From Psammoneis japonica (lineage: Eukaryota): a DNA stretch of 64,000 nt. The notes under the pieces were generated by a model, which saw nothing but the letters and a program-made list of their open reading frames with translations, was not told the DNA's origin and made no database searches. The position numbers and the translations under genes are program-made. Below, one piece after another: positions 13,407 to 25,803 of the stretch (the stretch's first letter is position 1; the number at the start of each line of letters is the position of its first letter). The stretch covers positions 421,899-485,898 of the forward strand of contig QPGO01000035.1 of NCBI GenBank assembly GCA_008632985.1, in the 5' to 3' direction.

Positions 13407-15149
13407 TCAAGACGGCTTCATTGTCTCACTCGCAAACAAACTGTTCTTTCCGTTAGGGCGATACTCGGTTTGTTGAAGCATTTCACGTAATGAATTCGAT
13501 TCACTTTGCATGGCTTGCAGCAACAAGAGCATTTGACTCAATTTCTCATCATGCTGCTCCAACATCTCTTTACAATTTGTCGCCAGGTCTTCTTCTTCAT
13601 TGACGTTATCGTCTGATGGTAAAGTGAGTTTCTTTTCCGTTTCTATTTGTGACGCAGTAGCTGATTCTGGTGTATGAGCCTTGACAACATTCGCCTTTCT
13701 TTTCTTGTGCCACCTGGAAAGGATCGCTATTAACACAGCTACTGCGGTCAGGGAGTAATGTACGATAAACGTTCCTCCCATGTTTTGCAATGTTAGCTGT
13801 GTCGTGTTTTCGTCGTCATCAGAGTCCTCAGCCTCATTGCAATCTGTCCCAGGCAGCTTTGCTAAATGTGCGTCCCACGCGAAATCTATAAAGTGTTCAT
13901 TCTTCATTTCCACCAAATGCAAATTCACAACGTCTCGAATCAAGGATGTACACAGCGTTCCTGAATCGGACTTTGTGACGAAGCCACCTTCTTGTGGTCG
14001 AAAGGGTCTTCCAATCCACGTCAAGAGACAATCCCCGTTCACGTCGGGATTGCGGCTCTGCTCTTCCCACGCTGACACGGACGTCAGCGCGTAGTCGCAC
14101 CGTCGTTCTCGGACCCACTGATAGGTATCGAGCTCGGTCTCGACGCGAATAATGTGTTTGCTTGTTGGAAATGCCCTCGTTAATTCCACATCTGGTGCTG
14201 CTCCTCGAATCACACAAATACCCAAATCATTCTTGATCGCATCGTCCACGCTTTCAATCTGAACTGTCGGAGTGTTTTGAACTACCAGAAAGCTCGCCAA
14301 GTTGGCTGTATAGGCCGAAGTGACCAAGAGACAAAAGAATGCCAAGGAAAATGTAAAGAGTCGTGCTGCATTCGTAGAGGGTTCGAACTCAAACTGCCCT
14401 GTAAAGCTGAGCGCCGACAGCCAAATGGTATGGGCGGGGCTGTGCTCGAGTTCCAGATTGTCGCTGTCGCTATCATACCAGTCCATTGCCATGTACACCA
14501 AGCCAGAAAGAAGCAAAGTAACTGCAATCAAAATCCATACCCCGGCTGAGAAGGGTTCTAAAAATGTAAACACATCCAGAGAACTCGTACCCGAACCACT
14601 CTCAATGCCCACCAGGATGAGCGTTGCATCGTACCACCCCTCGGAGAAGGACGCACCCCGATCAATTCGATCCAGTGTCTTACCCCAAAAGGCGGCCATA
14701 AAATCAAATGTCTCAATTGACCAAATCAATAAATCCGAGTAGGTTTGGTTGGTATCGATTGAAATTGTGGGTGCGAGCGCATAGGAATTACGCCACGAAA
14801 ATTTCGCACGTTTTGCCAGTTCATTAATTAACACGGGAATGAGACCACCGGCTTGTTTGTCAAGAACCACACCTTCTTTTGCAACCACAAAATTATTATC
14901 GACAGCCAACAGAGTGTGCAGATGGAATCCGTCTAGCGCGTTTCGCAAGAGCACTGTCCCGTTGTGGAAGGCTTCTTGTCGGTCGCATACACTCTGACGA
15001 TGGCTGACACTGTAGTCGAAAGGTGTTGCAGCAAGTGTCGGTGGAAATTGTGCTACTGTTGCTGTCAAAAAGAAAGCACTGAGCAGCACCATTAGTGAGA
15101 GCATGACACGGTTCTTTCGACGTCGTCTCGTCATGGTGATGATTCTCAT
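13407..15149 (-). CDS. Ionotropic glutamate receptor-like (GLR) channel
   Basis: FTFLEPFS-M1, re-entrant loop, M3 SAYTANLASFL (SYTANLAAF signature), S2 and M4 LQNMGGTFIV. Hydrophobic signal-like segment near the N-terminus; start codon uncertain. Confidence 0.9.
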   Translation of the reverse strand: MRIITMTRRRRKNRVMLSLMVLLSAFFLTATVAQFPPTLAATPFDYSVSHRQSVCDRQEAFHNGTVLLRNALDGFHLHTLLAVDNNFVVAKEGVVLDKQAGGLIPVLINELAKRAKFSWRNSYALAPTISIDTNQTYSDLLIWSIETFDFMAAFWGKTLDRIDRGASFSEGWYDATLILVGIESGSGTSSLDVFTFLEPFSAGVWILIAVTLLLSGLVYMAMDWYDSDSDNLELEHSPAHTIWLSALSFTGQFEFEPSTNAARLFTFSLAFFCLLVTSAYTANLASFLVVQNTPTVQIESVDDAIKNDLGICVIRGAAPDVELTRAFPTSKHIIRVETELDTYQWVRERRCDYALTSVSAWEEQSRNPDVNGDCLLTWIGRPFRPQEGGFVTKSDSGTLCTSLIRDVVNLHLVEMKNEHFIDFAWDAHLAKLPGTDCNEAEDSDDDENTTQLTLQNMGGTFIVHYSLTAVAVLIAILSRWHKKRKANVVKAHTPESATASQIETEKKLTLPSDDNVNEEEDLATNCKEMLEQHDEKLSQMLLLLQAMQSESNSLREMLQQTEYRPNGKNSLFASETMKPS

Positions 15150-15269
15150 CGGGTCGCCATCGTCGAGATTTTCCAAAAATTTCGCAAGAAAGTTTCGTGC
15201 GAAACTCGCGCGACAAGAATGGCGCATCTCAACATCATGTTGTGACTGGCTTGGAATTTGTGACAAGCT

Positions 15270-17330
15270 TAGCTAGCAGCTAGCAGCTGCCATGCTGGTA
15301 GCTGCTGTAGCCCTAGTGCTTCTAGAGGTCTGCATCGTTGTGGCCCATGGCAGTGAAGGTTTTGGGCTTTCATGTGTGGGTGTTGACTTGCAGTGTGGCA
15401 CATTGTTCCCTGCGGCAGTGCGTGCTGGTGCTGCTGCGCGCTTGCCCTCACATGTTCTGGACACAACCCCCGCCATGCTCTCCTCCATTGAACCTGCTTT
15501 GCCAAACTGTCAGAGCCTTGGTTGTTTCTGCTTTAAAGGCTGTGGTTGCAAACACTTCTCGCACATGCCCGCCATGCCGTGTGCCATCGGATGAATCGGA
15601 TGGGTGTGTGTCTGCGGCGCTGCGACCCATTTTGAATGAACAAGTTTGTGCGTCTTCAGTTGTGAACAAAAGACAAAAGGAAATCCATCTCTTGACAGTC
15701 CACCACACTCGCTCTCCATCATGAGTCAAGGTGACCCAGGCATGCAAAGCATGTGTGGTGCACGGTCGATGCATGGACTCACGATGGAGAATGAGTCGTC
15801 CGCCGTGTGTGACACACAAAATCCATGATGACGGGAGATCGGAGAGAAAGGGGCACCCCCTGCGATGCCCTGCCATTTATTTTGTACATGGATGCCACAC
15901 TGCTGCATGGAGAAAATGCACAGGGGGCATCAATGTCACAATGGGAGGGGGCTCCACACTCGTTTGTTCCAAACACATCAACAGCGCGAAGCCAGAACAG
16001 GGCAGAGACAGAAAAACATCAAAAGCCATCAAATGCTGAGCTGATTGTGATGAAGCAAAGGGCAAGAAATGCTTCTAAGACCACCCAGTTGTAAAGGGGG
16101 CCATGTGTTTGGCCGCAAAAGACCGAACAATTTCACACTGTTCATCTTCATCCACCATGTCCAGCAACTCAATCTCGTTGGCGACATCTCTTTGGGATGG
16201 CAGCACAAAGAGCAGTGGGGCACTTGTGGCATTGGCCAAAGAAGTGCCGTGACTTTTTTCACCAATGTGCTGTGCACCAAAGTTGCTGCCACTTTGGTTG
16301 GATGGCGGGGGCTGATCTTTTGGCCCGGATGAGTTTTGATCTGGCAAAGGAGTGCTGCTGGCCCCGCTGCCATTGAAAGCTGTCCGTGCACGTTTGCAAT
16401 CATGGTGCCTGAGCAGTTCATCTGTCACCTCTTCAAAGGAGAGTCGGTCGGCCAATGCAGAGGGCAGGGTTCCTCGATGCAACCCATCGTGAAGGCTCTC
16501 CAAAAGACACTTTGCCAGTCCTGCCCCTTTGTCGGAGGGCTCAAGTTTGAGCTTGTAGAGGCAAACTCCGGGAGCATCTTTGTGCAGGGCAAACCAGCAA
16601 AACACCCAAGCGTGGTTCAGATCTGTCAACACAGACACTGCACCCTTTTGGCGGCTTAAGAAGGAAGCTGCGAAGTGTTTGCACACTGCCTGCAGATTGC
16701 AATCTTTCTCTTCAATGTTTCTGGGTTTCTTTAGTTCCATCAAGACTTCAATGGAGTTCCTCACTGCATCGTTTGCAACATTTGCATTCTCTGCAATGAC
16801 AACGTCGGCAGTTCCGCTGGTGCGTCGACTGCCGTCGATTCCTCGAAAATCGACGGACAAGAGCACATGCTTTGGCTGCGCATCTGCTGTGGAGTAAACT
16901 GGGGGCAACCTCACATTCCTTCTAATGTGCTCCATGCAGGCGGTGTGATTTTCCGTGGAATCTTCAGGGCTGGCCCGCCAATGAAAGCACGGAAATTCGC
17001 CAGGCGCGCCGGGTTCATTCGGCCATTTGCTGCCAAACTCGGGTGGGTTCATCATCTCCAAAATGTCATCCTTTGCCAAGCTGGTGGCATCAGAAAGTAC
17101 AATTGTTTTTTCCCTTTTTGCACAATTGAGACCCATCGACAACAGCCCTTCCACAGCTTCCGGAGGAAGCTGCTGCTGTTGCGGCAGCACTTGAATGCGA
17201 CAGCACGTGCCCCCCACGAGGTGGTTAGTGCACCACCATCACAGCCAAGGAGAGTGCTGAACATTTTGATTTTTGGATCATCTCCATTGGAATCTACAAC
17301 AGAAAACTCAAAAGGTTCATCCGTGTAACT
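15270..17330. other. TpA/CpG-depleted hypermutated tract
   Basis: Excess TG/CA and sparse TA. Spurious Cys/His-rich, Tyr-poor ORFs occur in all frames. Confidence 0.85.
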
Positions 17331-17517
17331 AGAGGCAAGATTTCCGCTCGTTTGATCTGCTCCGCCTTTGCCCCACTTTGCCCTTTGCCTTCACGTCACT
17401 GGGGTTTGGCTTGGAAACCTCCACGACGGGCAACGTCTCCGATGTACCTGTTGCTGATGCTGCAGTAGCAGCAGCAGCCACGGTGGGCTTGCCAATACAA
17501 TCGGAGTTCGACGCCAT
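16075..17517 (-). pseudogene. Degenerating gene of a Crinkler-like / PD-(D/E)xK nuclease-fold family
   Basis: SGTADVVIA...LMELKK...QA...SVLTDLNHAWVFCWF resembles a restriction-endonuclease fold (D...ExK). The 5' end from ATG 17517 is compositionally normal, while the 3' part is frameshifted and Tyr-depleted. Confidence 0.55.
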
Positions 17518-18003
17518 TTTCAGGGTTGTTGCTGTGTGCGGCGTGTTGTTTTCTGTTTTCAGCGTTAGGTAGTTTCGCGCGGAAAGAACGCGCGACAGGA
17601 GAAAAACAGGTGTCACGCAAAATCCGAGATGAGGGCGGGGGGATCGGAGAGAAAGGGGCACCCCTTGCGCTCCCATAGTACCATTTGGCGCGGAAGTACA
17701 ATAATTTATTACTGGGGTTCGCGTACGAACGAAACGGGGAGCATGAGAATCTAAAATAGGGGGACCTAAACATCAAGAAGGCAAGCAGGGCAGAATACAG
17801 AAAACATCGAAACTCGAAACCCTTCAATCAATCAACGCGGAAGCTGAACCTATCTTGCCATACACTGTTCTATTTATCGACTGCGCCATCAAGCTTGTCG
17901 GTATTGGCAGACAGCATATTGCCGTGGGTTGTGGTTGTTAGGTTTGCCACACCGCGTTGGAGTTTCAATTTCTTTCCCGCTCGCATCCAGAATATAGAAA
18001 AAG

Positions 18004-18483
18004 ATGTCAAGCATCGCTGCAACCCGTCCTGTTACCGGTGGAATGACCTGGATCGGAACAAACAGCATAGCGACAACCGGTGTGAATATGGAAGAGAGCC
18101 GCTCAAACAAACTTGTAGCATCTCCTGGAAAGCATGATGAAGATGATGACGACGCATCGTGCTCGTCGCTCGAATCGCTCGAGGAGGAGGATAGCAATGG
18201 CATTCTGGACGAGGCTACAACGTCAAACAAGAGTCCAGCTCAACTTAACAAAGCAAAGAGTGCTATCGGACAACAAGCATCTAGTAGCAAGAGCCATCAT
18301 CATGGATTGTTCAGTCGAATGCTATCGTGGAAACAAAAGAATCGAAGCAACAAGAACAACGCAGACGATGATGAGGCGATTAGAGCAGCGGCCGTTCAGC
18401 TGGTGGAAGAGGAGCTCAAGGTGGAAGATATTCGAGCTAGCATGGGTTCGGTTTTAATGGAGGAAGACGATTTTGATATCTAA
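18004..18483 (+). CDS. Hypothetical 159-aa acidic protein
   Basis: ATG-initiated ORF with protein-like low-complexity composition. Confidence 0.5.
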   Translation: MSSIAATRPVTGGMTWIGTNSIATTGVNMEESRSNKLVASPGKHDEDDDDASCSSLESLEEEDSNGILDEATTSNKSPAQLNKAKSAIGQQASSSKSHHHGLFSRMLSWKQKNRSNKNNADDDEAIRAAAVQLVEEELKVEDIRASMGSVLMEEDDFDI

Positions 18484-19474
18484 AATGCTTGAGTCTTGAT
18501 TCATTTGTTGTCTCTTTTATCTGAGGACATTGAAAGTAAAACGTAAGCGGTATTCCTATCGTATTGCAATACCGTAGTCTTACTCGAGGTAACGACGCTT
18601 GATTTCCCTGCAGCACCATCATGGGATAATGGGATTCTTCGCGTTTGCTTCGTTTCTCTTTTTCTGCCCGAGGCATCACTCCTTTTGAAGCAATAGCATG
18701 AAGAGTTTTCACCGCCGGGGCGTTGTATTAATAACTTGGAAGGTCGGCAAAAGTAGAAAAAACGGCTGTGAAGCGTGCAGGTGACAATATTGCAGCCCCT
18801 GCCGCTCATAATCACACAGCACTTGTGGAGCTTGCAGCTCTTGTGCAGGCATTGGATGAGTCCTTTCATTAGATTTTCCGATTGGATCATCGTAGGCTAG
18901 ACTCTGCTCTGCGAAGATGTCTGCCTGATCCAGCGGTTTGGTGATAATGGACTTCATCTTCCTCGTTTTAAGCTCGAGCTGCAGCTTCTCTTTCATTCCC
19001 AACCAGCACGTATTCGTTTAAGTCAGAATGCTGGTTTTCAGTCCATTGATAATAAAGATAGAAGTATCAAGATACGATTTACACCCACAGAGAACTTGCG
19101 CCCTCTGAATCAAGTTCGATACCCTCCTTATCATACTTTCCAAAGGTAAATCAATATTAGGCTTCATGGTCCCATTTGCAAAGCACCACATTGCAAGGAC
19201 ACAAGCCGAAGGACTACCAGTATCAACGTCCATGCGTTGAAGTGCATCTGAACAGAGTTTCGTTTGACTCCTGGTGAGCATCTGAACACTCGTTTTGCAC
19301 AGTGGATCGTCGGGCCCGTTGCGGCAAAAAAGTGAAGGTGCTGTCACTACATGCATCGCAAGTACCGTGCGCAAAACATATATACTATTTTGTGTATTTC
19401 TGAATGTATTGGAATTGTTCTCTCCTCTGTTGTTGTGAGTCGAGCTTCGTCTATTTGTGGCCTCTTCGTCTTCC

Positions 19475-22400
19475 TTAGTAACCTTTGCCATAATAACGTC
19501 CTTTGCCTTTCCCACCTTTCGAGCCGTAGTCAAAATAACTATAGTTTCCCTTGGAGTAACCTCTCCAGCTGCCCTTTGAGTTGCCCTTTGAGTTGCCCTT
19601 GGATCGACCTTTGGATCGGCCTTTGGAGCCCCCCTTTCCGACATCGTATGCTGGGCATGTCTTGTGATTGCATTCTGTCCCGGCCCCTTGCCATTTTCCG
19701 TAGCATTCAGACTCAGGGACAATTTCACAGTCTCCTGTGTAAAATCGTTTGTTAATATCCCATATGTCTCTTGTCCATGACCAAGTAAGCTTGCGATCTC
19801 TCCAGCCACCGTATGATCCTTTATTCCAGCCTTTGCCGCCTTTGCTGTATGTTCGGGTATATGAATAGCCTCCTTTGCCTTTTCCCCCTTTGCTTTGGCG
19901 GAAGTCCCATACGGTTTTCTGACCTCCTTTTCCTCTTCCTTTGCCTCGTCCTTTACCTCTTCTTCCTTTGCCTCCTCCTTTCCCTCTTCTTCCTTTACCT
20001 TTTCCACCCTTGCTGCCACCCTTGCCGCCAGATGAATAACAGCAGGCTCCCGGCTCTTCGTTGTCGAAAGGTGTAGGAGCCGGAGTATTGACGTCCAACA
20101 ATGGTGTAGGAGCAGGAGTAATCACGCAAGTGTCGTCCTCGCAGACGCTGCCTCTTCCTTGATAGACGCCGTCAAACCGACTCTCGCATCTCTTTCTAGT
20201 GGTCACTAGCATGCAGTCGCCGTCGGGCAAGCAGCAGGCTGATTTCGGTCGTCTGGTAGGCATTGGGGTTGGTGACATTGTGGGCATTGTTGTCGGTGAA
20301 GGAGTAATCACACAAGTGTCGTCCTCGCAGACGCTACCTCTTCCTTGAAACACACCATCAAACCGGTTCTCGCATCTCTTTCGAGTGGTTACTAGCATGC
20401 AGTCGCCGTCAGGCAAGCAGCAGGCTGATTTCGGTCGTCTGGTAGGCCTTGGGGTTGGTGACATTGTGGGCATTGTTGTCGGTGAAGGCGTGATTACGCA
20501 AGTGTCGTCCTCGCAGACGCTGCCTCTTCCTTGATATGTACCATCAAACCGTTTCTCGCATCTGTTTCGAGTGGTTACTAGGATGCAGTCGCCGTCAGGC
20601 AAGCAGCATGCTGATTTCGGTCGTCTGGTAGGCCTTGGGGTCGGAGAAATTGTGGGCATTGGTGTGGGAGACGGGCTCGGCATTGGGCTCGGCGGCGCTG
20701 GAGTGGGACTGAGTGTTCCGTCACCAGGGTTCGTGCCAAAAGGTGTCGGACTGGGTGTGGGATCCGCCGCGCAGGTGTCATCGTTACAGTCGCTGTCTCT
20801 TCCTTGGTATTTACCAAAAAATACTGACTCGCATCTCTTTCTAGTGGTGACGAGAACGCAGTTTCCACTCTCGAGGCAGCATGCACTTTGCCGTCTCGTT
20901 GGCTGTGGAGTCGGCGATGGTGTAGGGGACGGTGTTGGGCTTGGAGTTGGCGATGGCGTTGGCGAAGGCGTCGGGCTCGGGCTAGGAAAAGGAGTTGGTG
21001 ATGGCGTCGGACTAGGTGACTCAAGCGTTGGACTTGGGGTGGCGAAAGTCGGTGACGGCGTCGGGATAGGACAGGTTGAGGGATCACATTCCGTGCCTTC
21101 GCCCTGATAAGTACCATTCGCCGTTTCGCAGGCCTCTTCACTTGCAGTCGTACAAGTGAATTCGTCATCATTGAGACAGCACGCACCAGTAGGTGGAAGT
21201 GGACAGCTGACGTCGTCACAAGTGCTTCCATCGCCATTATATGCACCTCCATCGTTCTCGCAGGTAACCTCATCTACCTCTTCACCACACTACATAGCGA
21301 CGCACCGTGTTGAAACGCAGTTGTGAGGAGAGGTATTTTTGATATTTATGGAATCTCAAACACTGCACACGATCGGAAATACTCACAGTTCCGTCAGGGA
21401 AACAGCAACTGCCCTCCAACACGTCTAGGGGCGTTGGAGATGGCGTGGTTGGAGACAAGGTTGTTGGACTTGGTGTCGGAGATGAAGTTGCTGGGAATTC
21501 CGTGGGAGCAGACGTTGTGGGACTTTGTGTTGGGCCCACGGGGCAGATATCCTCATCGTTACAGTCGGTTCCCGGCCCCTCAAAAATGCCGCCAAAATCT
21601 TGTGTGCACTGTTTCTTGTTTTTCGTTTGCTGACATTCACCAGTTTCGGTAATACAACATGCACCAGGCTGTGGCTTGCACTCCGCGTTGTCGCAGCTTG
21701 TTCCATCCCCATTGTAGGTACCTCCGTCGGTTTCGCAGGTAACCTCATCAACCTCTTCACCGCATGTTCCATCAGGGAAGCAACACGAGCCGAACTGCAC
21801 ATCTAAGGGTGTGGGAGAGGGTGTTGCAGAAGGCTGCGTTGGAGACAAGGTCGTTGGACTCGCTGTTGGACTTTGTGTAGCATCGCCTTGGCAAACATTA
21901 TCACCGTCACAGTCGGTACCTGCCCCCTGGAAGATACCATCAAAGTCGAGTGTACACCGTTTCTTGTTCTTCGTCTCTACACATTCACCAGTTTCCACCA
22001 CACAGCATGCGCCAGGCTTTGGGGTACAGTTTGCATCAGCGCACACACTGTCATCACCGTTGTATTCTCCGTTGCTGAGGTTGCAGTTGTTTTCATCGAT
22101 TCCTTCAATACATTCACCATCAGCCAAGCAACAAGAGCCGGTGTTGGTGTCAAAAGGCGTTGGTGAGGGCGTATCAACGTCGAGTGGTGTCGGGCTAAGC
22201 GTTGGGTCAACGTCAAGGGGAGTTGGCGATGGAGTCGATGGCTCCTGACAAACCGTTTCCGCGTCATCGCAGTCGGTACCTGCTCCCTGGAAGATACCGT
22301 CAAAGTCGAGTGTGCAACGCTTCTTGTTCTTCGTCTCTACACATTCGCCAGTTTCGACCACACAGCATGCGCCAGGCTTCGGGGTACAGTTTGCATCAGC

Positions 22401-25048
22401 ACACACACTGTCATCACCGTTGTATTCTCCGTTGCTGAGGTTGCAATTGTTTTCATCGATTCCTTCAATACATTCACCATCAGCCAAGCAACAAGAGCCG
22501 GTGTTGGTTTCAAAAGGCGTTGGTGAGGGCGTATCAACGTCGAGTGGAGTCGGGCTGGGCGTTGGATCAACGTCTAGAGGAGTGGGTGACGGAGTTGATG
22601 GTTCCTGACAAACCGTTTCTGCATCGTCACAGTCGGTACCTGCTCCCTGGAAGCTACCGTCGAAGTCGAGTGTGCACCGCTTCTTGTTCTTCGTCTCTAC
22701 ACATTCGCCAGTTTCGACCACACAGCAAGCGCCAGGCTTCGGGGTACAGTTTGCATCAGCACACACACTGTTGTCGCCGTTATATTCTCCATCATTCAGT
22801 TCGCAATTGGTCTCGATAACGTCATCGACGCAAGAACCATCGGCAAGGCAACACGACCCAGTGGTTACTCCAAACGGAGTTGGTGCAGGAGTAGGACTAG
22901 GCGTTGGATCAACGTCAAGCGGCGTAGGAGCGGGCGTCTCAGCATCACAAGAAACTTGTCTGCAAGTGGTCCCAAATCCTTGCCATACACCTCCGAAGTT
23001 ACTATTGCATATTTCTCGCTCCTTGTGACCCTACAGTTCTCACCGTCGACAGCATCGGGAATGCAGCATGCTCCGTCATCGGTATCGGGCGGAGGTGATG
23101 GTGTCGGGCTTAGCGTTGGATCAACGTCTAGGGGAGTGGGTGACGGGGTCGATGGGTCCTGACAAATCGTTTCCGCATCGTCGCAGCTGGTACCAGCTCC
23201 CTGGAAGATACCACCAAAGTCTTGCGTGCACCGCTTCTTGTTTCGCGTCTCTTCGCATTCGCCCGTTTCGGCAATGCAACAAGCCCCAGGCGGTACCTTA
23301 CAGTCCGCATTGCTGCAAGTGCTTCCGTCACCATTGTATTCGCCATTGATGAGGTTGCAAGCAGCTTCATCTACTCCTTCAATACACTAAGTAGCGACGA
23401 AATTTGTGGAGGTGCAGTTGTGAGGAAAGATGATTGACCCTTCGTAACGTGGAAAACAACACACGATCGGAAATTACTCACGGTTCCTTCAACGGTACAG
23501 CAGCTGCCCGTCTCCACTTCAGCAGGGGTTGGGCTGGGCGTTGGATCCACGTCAAGTTGCGTAGGAGCAGGCGTCTCTGCATCACAAGAAACTTGTCTGC
23601 AAGTGGACCCAAATCCTTGCCATACACCTCCGAACTTACTGTTGCATATTTCTTCGCTCCTTGTGACCTTACAGTTCTCATCCGGATCAGCATCGGGAAT
23701 GCAGCATGCTCCGTCATCAGCACCGGGCTTTGTAGGAGAGGGCGTAGGGGAAGTGGTTGTACAAGTAACATCTGCATCTGCACAGTCGCTGCCGTCACCA
23801 TTATATTCTCCTCCGCTTAGCTCGCAATCGGCCTCATTGACGTCATCGACGCAAGTTCCGTCCGATAAGCAGCATGCACCCGTTTTGATCATAGGAGTTG
23901 GTGAAGGAGTTTCATCTGCTGAACAAACAACATCCGGGTCGTCACAGTCCGTGTTGGGGCCTTGGAAGATTCCGCCAAAATCTCTAGTACACCGCCTTCT
24001 GTTCTTGACTCGTTCGCACCTTCCGTCAGTCTTGCAACAAGCTCCAGGTTGAGGCGTGCAAACTGCATCAGCACAACCAGTGCCATCACCATTGTACTCG
24101 CCACCGCTGAACTCGCAGGTAGTCTCATCTACTTCTTCAGCACACTACGTAGCAAGAAATTGGTTGACGCAACATATTGTGAGGAGGTATGATTCAATCT
24201 TGTTGACGTTTTGAAAAAGCACATGAGCATAAATGACTTACCGTTCCATCCGGTAGACAGCAGCTGCCCGTCTCCACTTCAGCAGGAGTTGGGTTGGGTG
24301 TTGGATCAATGTCAAGTGGTGTAGGAGCAGGCGTCTCTGCATCACACGAAACTTGTCTGCAAGTGGATCCAGATCCTTGCCATACACCTCCGAACTTGCT
24401 ATTGCATATTTCTTCAGTCTTTGTGACCTTACAGCTCTCATCAGGATCAGCATCGGGAATACAACATGCTCCATCATCAGAATCTGGTGTGGTAGTAGGA
24501 GGGGGCGTAGGGGGCGGAGTTGCTGGAGAGGGACATGTGTCGTCAAAACATTCGGTGTTTCCGCCCTGAAATTTTCCGCCGGCTTCTAGACATTCCAATT
24601 TGCTTGCAATACCACATAAGCCAGCGAGATCGATACTGTCAGGAAAGCAACAAGCTCCAATTTTATCGAGCTAAAATACCATTCATTTGCCAAGGAGATC
24701 ATCCAGAACAACAGTTCGAAGAATGCCAAAGCACAACAACACAGTTAGAAGGATGCCAATACAAATGAATACATTGGTTTGTCTTTCACACGTACCCCGG
24801 ATTTCATGTTTATTTGTAGAAATCTGGCATCGTTCTCTGGCACTATATCATTAAGGCCGAGCTTTGTTGCAAGGTCTGCGCAAAAAATACAATTCAAGAA
24901 TATTTGGTAAGGACCGGTCGGTTGTCAAAAATGCCATCATTGCAATGTCCGTCACTTCACACAAGGACGTCCAATAGTTGCTTTTTACCTGATGCTTCAC
25001 CACACGAAAAACAAGAAGGAGAAGTTCCCCCTTGCGGATGAAGTTCAT
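19475..25048 (-). CDS. Large secreted/cell-wall protein: many GxCC...DG.C...C...G.(Y/F)(Q/N)G.G..C modules, TPSPTP linkers, Lys/Gly/Arg/Tyr-rich C-terminal tail
   Basis: Modules repeat across ORFs 19475..20683, 21282..22766, 23371..23892 and 24194..24598. GT-AG introns 21290-21386, 23387-23481, 24145-24241 and ~24671-24795. RFL (RxL) motif near the N-terminus. 1-bp deletion at ~23015 relative to the repeat at ~23650. Start uncertain. Confidence 0.85.
20110..20650. repeat. Intragenic tandem repeat, 3 x 180 bp (60 aa)
   Basis: [26 protein letters not shown] units at 180-bp spacing. Confidence 0.92.
21910..22770. repeat. Intragenic tandem repeat with 360-bp period (120 aa)
   Basis: ttcttgttcttcgtctctacacattc recurs at 21961, 22321 and 22681. 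Confidence 0.95.
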
Positions 25049-25803
25049 CGTGTGGTTTTTCGATTGCACTTGAGCGTTTTTTTATGTGAGTTCTTTCTTG
25101 TGGCGATTTTTCAAAAAATCTCGCAACTTGTGTCGCCGCAAACACATTCGGGAATGTCGTCATACAAAATCACGTAGGAATGGACACTTTAAATTCGCTT
25201 TCTATTTAACAAAATCATTAGATATAAGCCCTAATCCCGTACAAGCATCTACGTATGTACAAAAAGTTACTGAATCCACGTTAGCGAAGTTCCTATGATA
25301 AATTTGTATACATAATGTTGGAGGTAAAGCGAAGGAACTGCGACAGAGAAAAGTAATCATGAACAGATAAAGAAGATAATTCTAACATTCTTGTATTTCG
25401 GATATATTCTTTATATGATTCATGAGGATAAAGTTGGATAGAAACGGCACTGCTAGTTGACCGTCCGTCCTTCTATCAAAGATTCATGATCAGGCAGAAA
25501 GATATCGCGCGAAGATCGTGCGAAAGATCTTCCGATGCCGCAAGCGAGCCGCAAGCCGATCTCTTGAATCTTTCTCTTCCTTCTCATTTTTGCTCACTTC
25601 AGTCATTCTCACTTCAACTCTTCGGGTTTCGTCAACGCTGATCCTTGATTCGTGGCTTTGTTGTTGCTGTATCAACCCAGAAAGGAATTGAAAGCAGCTC
25701 ATCAGCCTGATTGATCGTCAGAGCTGCTATTTACTTTGTTGAGTCGCCCATAAACAGTCAGAACAAGCCAGAAGAAACAGAAATTCCGTATATAAGAAGA
25801 ACC

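Noticed and set aside
18709..19002. 97-aa minus-strand ORF
   Set aside because: No recognisable motif or clear gene structure.
19018..20019. 333-aa Glu/Lys-rich ORF
   Set aside because: It is an alternative frame over the Lys/Gly tail of the Cys-repeat gene.
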